Source of the DNA: Octopus bimaculoides
Lineage: Eukaryota
Assembly (NCBI RefSeq): GCF_001194135.2
Contig: NC_069003.1
Coordinates: 10,717,016 to 10,754,341 of the forward strand
Direction of reading: 5' to 3'
DNA: 37,326 nt
Position numbers and translations under genes: made by a program. Of the stretch, positions 11,396-21,004 are shown in pieces (position 1 is the first letter of the stretch; each line of letters begins with the position of its first letter). Below the pieces are notes generated by a model that was not told the DNA's origin, did not search any database, and saw only the letters and a program-made list of their open reading frames with translations.

Positions 11396-11692
11396 TCTAG
11401 TTCATTCAGTGCATTATATTTCTGTGCTCTAAAGTTAATGAGTGAATGGTTTTTTGACTTTATAACCTTCTCCTTCCTTTTCGGTTTCAAGACAAGAAGG
11501 AAAAAAATTAGGTGAATGATGTTGCTGTTTTCTTACATTGGCAGATGAAAAATAATTGGTCGTTGATATTGTTATTTAACCTTAGGTCATTCTTGATCAA
11601 AGGCAGTCAAACCACAAGTGTTCAAGAACAGTATGCTCTGGATTATTATAGTCTGTGTCTCTTTTTCCTTTTAGTAATTTTTTTTCTTTTTC

Positions 11693-11765
11693 TTAACCCC
11701 TTTAGCATTCAGATAAGTCTATCAAATCTAATGCTTATTTATTCTAATTTTTCTGAATTTGAATA
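11693..11765 (+). mobile_element. Left part of a piggyBac-like MITE
   Basis: TTAA|CCCCTTTAGCATTCAGAT...AATGCTTATTTATTC, colinear with 12844 onward. Confidence 0.55.
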
Positions 11766-11828
11766 AGGAGAAGGATGATAAGATTTGAATAAGTTGAAAA
11801 AGCGATGATTTATTTTTCTCGTTGTAAT

Positions 11829-12214
11829 TTGTTGTTGGCACTCCGTCGCTGACAACGTCGAGGGTTCCAGTTGATCCGATCAACGGAACAGCCTGCTTGT
11901 GAAATTAACGTGCAAGTGGCTGAGCACTCCACAGACACGTGTACCCTTAATGTAGTTCTCGGGGATATTCAGCGTGACACAGTGTGACAAGGCTGGCCCT
12001 TTGAATTACAGGCATAACAGAAACAGGAAGTAAGAGTGAGAGAAAGTTGTGGTGAAAGAATACAGCAGGGTTCGCCACCATCCCCTGCCGGAGCCTCGTG
12101 GAGCTTTAGGTGTTTTCGCTCAATAAACACTCGCAACGCCTCGTCTGGGAATCGAAACCGCGATCCTATGACCGTGAGTTCGCTGCCCTAACCACTGGGC
12201 CATTGCACCTCCAC
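11829..12214 (-). mobile_element. SINE-D, full-length tRNA-derived SINE
   Basis: A-box TGGCCCAGTGG, B-box GGTTTCGATTCCC, (CAA)n tail. Perfect 11-bp TSD CTCGTTGTAAT (11818-11828, 12215-12225). Confidence 0.95.
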
Positions 12215-12699
12215 CTCGTTGTAATGATAGGTTGCCGAAGGGAATGATGTTAATGCTACAGTCTGTAACAAATATTCAAATGACTTCAGTTCTGCTCGGG
12301 CTGTTGATGTGGTCTGCTGCCTGTTGCTGCAATGATGAAGACAGGCGACAACTGTGAGACAGAGTGGTGTCTCGTTCATTGGTGGCTGGTCCAAAATGAC
12401 ATGGTGTGTGGTCAATGGCTGCTGGTCCAATGACCAAGAGAGGCCGAAACTGGTGTTTATACAACCATGGGGTGGCTCCACAGGCCAAGATGGTTTTTCC
12501 TGCGTTGGGAACAAACTCTGTTGCAAACACACGATTGGACAGTTAAGACCGACTGATATCTGCAACTAATTTGGCCAACAACTGGGTCATATCACTAGAT
12601 GCTACGAAAAGCTCTGGTGAGCCAATATTTGAGTATTTAAGATTAAACAGCCACATTGACAAGATGTCTAACATTACAATAAAATGAAAGCATTACACA

Positions 12700-13068
12700 G
12701 TTCTGCTACAAATTAGTCATGCATTATTTTCTAGCTTTGAGATGTTGATGATGTGATTGCTTATTTTTAAAATAACATTGTCAGGTAGATGTGAGTGGCC
12801 AGATCTGACCAGTTTGAACATGGGCCAGATATGGCCAGTTTAACCTTTTAGTGTTTAAATTACTTTGTCAAATGTAATACATATTTCTTCTCATTGTTTT
12901 GAATTAATCATAAATTACCTTGTAGCTAAAAGGTTTTGATGATGTGATTATTCATTTTTAAGATGACATTGTATGGTAGGTGTGAGAGGCCAGACCTGGT
13001 CAGTCTGAACATAGAACAGGTAGGATATTTTGGGCCAGATATGACCAGCTCAAATGCTGAAGAGTTAA
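12700..13068 (+). mobile_element. Two adjacent or nested piggyBac-like MITE copies
   Basis: The second copy (12844-13064) is bounded by TTAA (12840-12843, 13065-13068), with CCTTTTAG...AATGCTGAAGAG ends. 12715-12840 repeats its right half. Confidence 0.65.
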
Positions 13069-13394
13069 ACAGAAGAGTAGTTTGAGGGAGATTCTGCTAC
13101 TCTTTCTAAGCCCTTAAGCAGCATGACATTGAGGCTCCCGCTTTGACTTGGTTTTGATTCTGATCTCTGACTGTTGCTTTATTTTATTGACCACACGTGG
13201 ATGAAAAGAGGGTGGTGGTGATGTGGGGTTGTCGGGGCATAGATGTTCCTGACCGACATGATATTGTGACAGCTAAGTAGCTGAGAGGTCAGTTGTCTGA
13301 CACTGCATAATGCCGTAATACCTGAAACACTTAGGCCTAAGTCTATCTAGTGTTAAGTAGGCACAGTGCATGGCGTAATTCACAGCTGTGGTTG

Positions 13395-13786
13395 TCATCA
13401 TCATCATCATTATCATCATTTAACGTCCACTTTTTGAATACTTGCAATGGACCAGATGGAATTTGCCAAGGCAGATTGTTCTACTTAGCAACCGTCACCT
13501 GTTTCCAAGCAAGGTTAATATTTCCTATGGCCAGACATCTTTTCCAAAAAAGAGTAGAAATGGACAACAATGCTGCTCATTTGCGACCCTCATGTTGAGA
13601 ACAAGAGCACACACACACACACATGCACTCTTCTTTCAGTTTCCATCTGCTAAATGTACTCACAAGGCTTTGGCTGGCCTGAGGTTATAGCAGTTAGACA
13701 CTTATCCAAGATGCAATGTAATAGGACTTAATCCATGACCTTGTGATTAGTAAGCAAGGTTCTTGACTGTACAGCCACATCTGCAC
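13395..13786 (-). mobile_element. Composite SINE: SINE-A head/CORE + (TG)n + F module with RTE-type (GAT)n tail
   Basis: (CAT)n-TTTAACGTCCAC tail at 13395-13430, (CA)n at about 13608-13622, SINE-A head (reverse complement) at 13625-13786. Same architecture at 25289-25680. Confidence 0.75.
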
Positions 13787-15290
13787 TCATCATCATCATA
13801 ATCATTATGATGATGAATCCTTTAGGGAGATGCTGGTGTTTAAGGCATTAACTCTAATCCACCTCAAGATGCCCTTCATTTATTGTATGTGGTTGACTTA
13901 ATCTGCTGGATTCAGTATCTCTAGTGGGGAGATGTTCCTGTGAGTTGGTTTACAATCTCATCTGTTTTATTTGACTGGAGATAAGCCCTATTCGCACTAT
14001 TGCAAATCCCTTCAGATTTGGAAAAGTAAGGGAACTAGAAATGGTAAAAGCAATTCACTGGGTAAACCAAGGGCAACTGTACACATGTGCAATCACATAC
14101 ACACACTTGCACTCATACGCAGTCATGGAATCACCCACCATCTCACATGCAATGATACACACACATACAATCACACACAATCTGTCTTTCTCACACATAT
14201 ATCACATTCATTTTCTCTTTCCTTCTCTCTCTGTCACACACAATCTCTCTTGAAGATACATGCGCATGCATGTACACGTGTACACGCACACACACACACA
14301 CACACACACACCCTCTTTCTCACACACAGAGTTACACAAAAGTCATCACATTAAAATTAATCATTAATTTCTTGTGAGATGCATTTCGTTATTGTTCTCA
14401 TTGGTAATATTTATTTAATTGGTTGCCACTGCATATTACTAGAAGAGTACCAGCAACCATATATGACGGTANNNNNNNNNNNNNNNNNNNNNNNNNNNNN
14501 NNNNNNNNNNNNNNNNNNNNNNNNNNNNNNNNNNNNNNNNNNNNNNNNNNNNNNNNNNNNNNNNNNNNNNNNNNNNNNNNNNNNNNNNNNNNNNNNNNNN
14601 NNNNNNNNNNNNNNNNNNNNNNNNNNNNNNNNNNNNNNNNNNNNNNNNNNNNNNNNNNNNNNNNNNNNNNNNNNNNNNNNNNNNNNNNNNNNNNNNNNNN
14701 NNNNNNNNNNNNNNNNNNNNNNNNNNNNNNNNNNNNNNNNNNNNNNNNNNNNNNNNNNNNNNNNNNNNNNNNNNNNNNNNNNNNNNNNNNNNNNNNNNNN
14801 NNNNNNNNNNNNNNNNNNNNNNNNNNNNNNNNNNNNNNNNNNNNNNNNNNNNNNNNNNNNNNNNNNNNNNNNNNNNNNNNNNNNNNNNNNNNNNNNNNNN
14901 NNNNNNNNNNNNNNNNNNNNNNNNNNNNNNNNNNNNNNNNNNNNNNNNNNNNNNNNNNNNNNNNNNNNNNNNNNNNNNNNNNNNNNNNNNNNNNNNNNNN
15001 NNNNNNNNNNNNNNNNNNNNNNNNNNNNNNNNNNNNNNNNNNNNNNNNNNNNNNNNNNNNNNNNNNNNNNNNNNNNNNNNNNNNNNNNNNNNNNNNNNNN
15101 NNNNNNNNNNNNNNNNNNNNNNNNNNNNNNNNNNNNNNNNNNNNNNNNNNNNNNNNNNNNNNNNNNNNNNNNNNNNNNNNNNNNNNNNNNNNNNNNNNNN
15201 NNNNNNNNNNNNNNNNNNNNNNNNNNNNNNNNNNNNNNNNNNNNNNNNNNNNNNNNNNNNNNNNNNNNNNNNNNNNNNNNNNNNNNNNNN

Positions 15291-15310
15291 CATCATCATC
15301 ATCATCATCC

Positions 15311-15346
<36 letters not shown>
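15291..15346. repeat. (CAT)n microsatellite
   Basis: Direct reading; the poly-His, poly-Met and poly-Ser ORFs here are artefacts. Confidence 0.98.
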
Positions 15347-15911
15347 ATAAGCTACTATAAATCGGCACAAACTTTCCGGACAACCCAATACAATTTTGAC
15401 CTCTATATGTTCCTACTCTGGTACTCCTCTGTGGTGGTCATTGCTAGAATTAAAATTATTCTTACATTATTAATGTCTTTACAATGACTTTTAGCCTTCT
15501 GAATGTGGCCTTGAAGCTGTGAAACACTTGTCTGTTTTTATGATGTTGTACCATTATATTTGGAGGATATGATCATGTTCCGTAAATGAGTCATAAACTG
15601 CTGCTCTAAATTCAACATTACAAACTATGAAAAACTTGTCAGTTTTTATGATGGACCAAACTCACAGCATATCTTCAAGTCAGCTCAGCAAGCTGTGAAA
15701 CACTTGACAGGTTCAGAGAGTTTTCTGTCTCATACAATGGTGAGCTGTATATCATTGCGTGAGTCATACTTATTGATTGGACTCTTGACTATTAAGTATG
15801 TCGGTCATCAACAGAGTGGAGTGTAGGTAACTGGTAGTTTTTTAGATTTTAACCCATGGGGTTCACAAACTGGGGCACACATACCTCTAGAGGTACATAA
15901 GGAAAATTGTA

Positions 15912-16239
15912 TGGCACTTGTGCTGGTGGCATGTGTAAAGACATTCGAGAGAGATCGTGCCAGTGCCGCTGGACTGGCTCCCGTGCAGGTGGCACGTAAA
16001 ATACACCATTTTGAGCGTGGCCGTTGCCATTACCGTCTGACTGGCTTTCGTGCCGGTAGCACGTAAAAGCACCCACTACACTCTCAGAGTGGTTGTCATT
16101 AGGAAGGGCATCCAACTGTAGAAACTCTGCCAAATCAGATTGGAGCCTGGTGTAGCCATCTGGTTTCACCAGTCCTCAGTCAAACCGTCCAACCCATTCT
16201 AGCATGGAAAGCAGACGTTAAACGATGATGATGATGATG
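15912..16239 (+). mobile_element. E-family element (RTE-type 3' tail), young
   Basis: Internal GGCACGTAAAA sub-repeats; ends CTAGCATGGAAAGCAGACGTTAAACGATGATGATG. Near-identical reverse complement at 27386-27493. Confidence 0.85.
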
Positions 16240-16496
16240 ACACAGGGTTTGTGAAAACCCTGGCATTTTGAAGTGACCACAACCAAGTAAAAACAATTTG
16301 TCTGTCTAAAAGATGCATGGCAACCCTTTTGCTGTTTCCATCCATTTGTCGTCGTCAATCAGGATTTTCAGCAGTATTTATAACCCAAACCAAACTCATG
16401 GGTGTACCTCTCTGAATCTGTCCCTTGAATTGAGTTACTTGTTAAAAAGGGCCCAACTCGTTCATATATCTCATTGAAAAATATAACAAAGTTAAT

Positions 16497-16645
16497 TTCT
16501 AACATGGGCACAAGGCCAGAAATTTTGTAAGAGGAACAGTTGATTATATCGACCCCTCCCTCCAGTACTTGACCAATACTTTATTATTCTGGTGTCAGAA
16601 ATATAAAAGACAAACTTTGACCACAGCAGGATTTGAACTGTTGAA
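16497..16645 (-). mobile_element. SINE-B, old partial copy
   Basis: GGCACAAGGCCAGAAATTTT...GATTATATCGACCCC...GGATTTGAACT. Confidence 0.65.
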
Positions 16646-17215
16646 CTAATGACATATCTGTTCTGTAGTTTCCCACTATTTTACTCTCTGTTCTTCACAT
16701 GGGTACACCGACACAGCTGAACATGATAAAAGGGTACACTGGGAGAAAATGTTTGAGAAGCTCTGCTTTAACCACTTGACCGAGTAGTGCTTCATTTTGG
16801 TTTTGGAAACAATTCTTTGTGACCAATATATCTGTTTATAGCTTAGTGGACAGGGCTCTTGAGAATCAAGACTTAGTAGAGTACTAATAGTGCTGAGATG
16901 GTAACCTTCAAGGTTTTTGAGTCATTGAGAGTCAGTACACTTACGACTCTCTGAGTTTTGCCTGTACTTGAGTCAAAGAAATGAAACAAGATAAGTGTTG
17001 TCTCAATGTGGTATGTGGTGTTTGTGTCTGAGTTGCTTGTTGCTTGTATACCTTGCTGACAAGAATACAATTAGTTGAGAGGCATAGCAATAGACTTGGC
17101 ATGCGTGACCCACATACAAACAATGGCAGTATTGAAATGCAGATGTTGGACTGATAATCTGATGTCCTCAATTCTATATCCGATTAACACTGGCGAGTTA
17201 ACATGGTCTGACATT

Positions 17216-17385
17216 GGGTGCAGGCATGGATGTAAGGTTTAAGAAGATTGCTCAGTAATCATGTGATGCTAGGTTCAATCCTAGTGTGTAGCAGCATCTT
17301 AGGTAAGTTTTATCTACCAAAGCCATGGGTTGACTTTAGATGTGTTGGGTGAAATTGGGTCGAAGGAAACTATGTGGAAACCTGT
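17216..17385 (+). mobile_element. SINE-A head, very diverged
   Basis: GGTGCAGGCATGGATGTAAGGTTTAAGAAG...GGTTCAATCC...GGAAACTATGTGGAAACC. Confidence 0.6.
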
Positions 17386-17488
17386 AAGATGTATTTTATT
17401 CTTGGCTGGTTGATTTAATCTGTTTGGTTTAACTGTTTTGTTACTGTATTTTTGCTGAAGTATGTTACCTTTGTTTTAATTAGTTTTG

Positions 17489-17987
17489 AGGAGTGGTTGT
17501 GTGGTAAGTAGCTTGCTTACAAACCACATGGTTCCGGGTTCATTCCCACTGCGTGGCACCTTGGGCAAGTGTCTTCTACTATATAGCCTCGGGCCGACCA
17601 ATGCCTTGTGAGTGGATTTGGTAGACAGAAACTGAAGGAAGTCCGTCGTATATATGTATTTATTTATATGTGTTTGTGTGTCTGTGTTTGTCCCCCCCCC
17701 CCCCNNNNNNNNNNNNNNNNNNNNNNNNNNNNNNNNNNNNNNNNNNNNNNNNNNNNNNNNNNNNNNNNNNNNNNNNNNNNNNNNNNNNNNNNNNNNNNNN
17801 NNNNNNNNNNNNNNNNNNNNNNNNNNNNNNNNNNNNNNNNNNNNNNNNNNNNNNAACATCGCTTGACAACCGATGCTGGTGTGTTTATGTCCCCGTAACT
17901 TACAAAGAATATGTCCTGGGGTCGATTTGTTTGACTAAAGGCGGTGCTCCAGCATGGCCGCAGTCAAATGACTGAAACAAGTAAAAG
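17489..17987 (+). mobile_element. SINE-A, young, with gap and internal deletion
   Basis: Near-identical to 21287-21917; lacks the segment between two CTTA motifs at about 17900. Confidence 0.95.
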
Positions 17988-18348
17988 GGTTTTAATTTAG
18001 ATCAGCTTAAAACAGGAAGCTTGTATCATAGAACAGGGGTGCCCTTAAGTGAGTTGGTATCACAGGAAGTTTAAACTACAAACTGGCCCCTTCACTACTA
18101 ACAAGGGTTCACCCTATATGGTTACTTTATGTAAGAAATGATAGCCAAATCTCTCAAACCACACCCTGCCATCTTAAGATGGTAAGACATATTAGATATG
18201 TCATCTTATATATATTATGCCTGTGAATAAAAAAAAAGAATGACAGTATAATTAGGGCTACATACATTCCTCCGCGTTACAAATTTAATTTGAATTAATT
18301 TGAATTAAAATTTAATTTGTAGTCCATGGGAAGGGCCATTTTAACGAT

Positions 18349-18403
18349 GCGTCCTGCCCTACTCTTCGAAACGCCTGTGTTAGAATGGGGGCAGCTGATG
18401 AAG
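18349..18403 (+). ncRNA. Candidate hammerhead-ribozyme-like motif with permuted strand order
   Basis: GCGT-C|CTGCCC...C-GAA-ACGC...GGGCAG-CTGATGA-AG. Stem I (18354-18359 with 18389-18394) and stem III (18349-18352 with 18371-18374) are perfectly complementary and in register with the core. Stem II is poor. Confidence 0.5.
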
Positions 18404-18637
18404 TGAATGTTCTCTATGTGGCCAGTGTGTTTTCTGTACTCGTTTATCATTTTGTCTACACTTTGTTTGCTATGTCCTGTACCTAGATATGCATCTATAT
18501 ATACAGGTAGATGTAAGTATGNNNNNNNNNNNNNNNNNNNNNNNNNNNNNNNNNNNNNNNNNNNNNNNNNNNNNNNNNNNNNNNNNNNNNNNNNNNNNNN
18601 NNNNNNNNNNNNNNNNNNNNNAGAGAGAGAGAGAGAG

Positions 18638-18671
<34 letters not shown>

Positions 18672-18867
18672 GGAGGATGCATGTGAAAGCATGTGATTAA
18701 ATAAATGCCTGTATGGGAGTGTATGTCATTAACCCTTTTAATACTAAACTATCTGAGAACCCCCCTGCTTCTATGGTGCAAACTTCCTGTTTTAAACCGA
18801 TGTAAACCAAGACATTCTTCCATCAAAGGTCATAGCAATTCATGTTCCAAACACCAGCTAGAACAAG

Positions 18868-18996
18868 CAAAGGCATCCAGCCGTAGAAACCATGCCAAAG
18901 CAGATACTGGAACATGACATAATTCTTGGGCCAATCAAATCCTGACAAAATTGTCCAACTTATGCCAGCATGGAATGTGGGCATTAATTGAAGAGG
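18868..18996 (+). mobile_element. E-family 3' fragment
   Basis: AAGGCATCCAGCCGTAGAAACCATGCCAAA...GTCCAACTTATGCCAGCATGGAATGTGGGCATTAA. Confidence 0.7.
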
Positions 18997-19042
18997 ATTT
19001 TACTAAATTATTCATTACTTTCATAATTAATTAATAACAAAT

Positions 19043-19203
19043 GTGCAGGAGTGGCTGTGTGGTAAAAGTTTGCTTCCCAGCCACATGGTTCTGGATTCAG
19101 TCACACTATGTAGCACTTTGGGTAAGCGTCTTCTATGATAGCCACAGGCTAACCAAAGCCCTTGTTAGTGGATTTGGTAGACGGAAACTGAAAGAAACCT
19201 GCC

Positions 19204-19297
<94 letters not shown>

Positions 19298-19510
19298 CCA
19301 CTACTTGATGACTTGTGCTGTTGTGTTTACATCCCCGTAACATAGCAGTTCAGCATAAGAGAACGATAGAATAAGTACCAGGCATTAAAAGAAATAAACT
19401 AGAATAAAAGTACTAGGGTCGATTCGTTCGACTAAAAATTCAAGGTAGTGCCCCAGCATGGCCGCAGTCTAATGACTGAAACAAGAGAAAGAATAAAAGA
19501 AAGAATAAAG
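19043..19510 (+). mobile_element. SINE-A with a pure (TG)n tract (19205-19296)
   Basis: Head GTGCAGGAGTGGCTGTGTGG; tail GCAGTCTAATGACTGAAACAAG. Confidence 0.92.
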
Positions 19511-20009
19511 TCAATGTATTTCAACAGAACTAGGGTAACACAAAAAGTTGAGAGAGTGCATGCCTGAGCACACACGATGAGTTTTAACTACATCATTCAA
19601 GAAATCAAAATCTGTGATACACAAGCCTCTTCAAAAGTATGTCAACTTAAATAATTAAAACAGTTTCAAGTATATCAGAGTGTGTTTGCCTCTGTCAGAG
19701 AATGTATGTGAATGCGTGTATATGTATGATTGTAAGTGCATGTATGTATGTATGTATGGATGGATGGGATTGTGCGCACACAAGAGTCTCAATGAGTGTA
19801 TCCTTCCTCCAAAATCATGGAAAGCCTTGACCATCCTTTGTCCACTAATACTAATATTAGTGCTACACATGCCACCAAAACACACACATACACACATGCA
19901 CATGCGCGCACACACACAAACACACACAATATAGAGAGCTGTTGCTCCATGTTAGATACTGTTAACTCTCATATATTAGCAACAAAAACAGCATTAACAT
20001 ATGAAGCAT

Positions 20010-20399
20010 TTGTTGTTGTTGGCACTCTGTCGCTTACGACGTCGAGGGTTCCAGTTGATCCGATCAACGGAACAGCCTGCTCGTGAAATTAACGTGCAAG
20101 TGGCTGAGCATTCCACAGACACGTGTACCCTTAACGTAGTTCTCGAGGATATTCAGCGTGACACAGTGTGACAAGGCTGACCCTTTGAATTACAGGCACA
20201 ACAGAAACAGGAAGAAAGAGTGAGAGAAAGTTGTGGTGAAAGAGTACAGTAGGGTTCGCCACCATCCCCTGCCGGAGCCTTGTGGAGCTTTTAGGTGTTT
20301 TCGCTCAATAAACACTCACAACACCTGGTCTGGGAATCGAAACCGCGATCCTATGACCGCGAGTCCGCTGCCCTAACCACTGGGCCATTGCGCCTCCAC
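20010..20399 (-). mobile_element. SINE-D, full length
   Basis: Highly similar to 11829-12214. Perfect 14-bp TSD AACATATGAAGCAT (19996-20009, 20400-20413). Confidence 0.95.
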
Positions 20400-20836
20400 A
20401 ACATATGAAGCATGATGGGCCATGATCATGGCCATCAAGTACAGGCCAACAGGCCACAATCGTGGCCCAGAGAGATGCATTTAATTTATGGGCGTTTGTT
20501 GGGGTCTAATGTCACTCAAACGCTCCGATACCCACCAGAATGCAAGAGGACTAATAATTCAACTGATGACTTTTCAGATAATGTAAAACTTGCTACCATT
20601 ATATACTAAGAAGATATTTTAACTATTTTTTGTTTTTTTATGTGTGCATGATAGTCTCATTTTCATAAAATGTGCTCAGCAGTCCATGATATGTAAGTGC
20701 AAATCCCAGCACTTTATGGGTTAATATCAAAAAGCAATATTTATTCCCACTTAAAAAAATGGATGTTGTGTTAAAACAGAATACTGCATTATTTGCCACA
20801 AGAGAACTTCTCATATGGGCTTTTGGTGCAAAATGT

Positions 20837-21004
20837 GCACTTGTCTACATCGCTAGTAGGGATATAAATCATTGCCATCTCTATCGCCAAGACCACCAGA
20901 TCACATGATTTCGACCTTCCTTGGTCTCATCGGTGATAGACACTTGACTATTAGAGACAGCAGTGATTCATCTCCCCACCAGCGATGTATAGACAAACAG
21001 TGCC
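20837..21004. repeat. Long imperfect inverted repeat (fold-back or MITE-like)
   Basis: TTGTCTACATCGCTAGTAGGGATATAAATCATTGCCATCTCTA (20841-20883) pairs with 20952-20996; an inner pairing continues to GACCA/TGGTC. Confidence 0.85.

Larger units (their letters stand above)
15855..16765. mobile_element. hAT-like MITE shell containing later insertions
   Basis: Ends CATGGGGTTCACAAAC and GTTTGAGAAGCTCTG. 8-bp near-TSD TTTTAACC / CTTTAACC (15847-15854, 16766-16773). Confidence 0.5.
18729..19551 (+). mobile_element. piggyBac-like MITE split by two later insertions
   Basis: Starts TTAA|CCCTTTT and ends ...CAACAGAACTAGGGTAACACAAAAAGTTGA. The intervening pieces match the reverse complement of 5291-5390. 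Confidence 0.55.

Noticed and set aside
12140-12214. Functional tRNA genes here, at 20330-20399 and at 9338-9410
   Set aside because: A/B boxes are present but there is no full cloverleaf acceptor stem; each continues into a SINE body with tail and, for SINE-D, a TSD.
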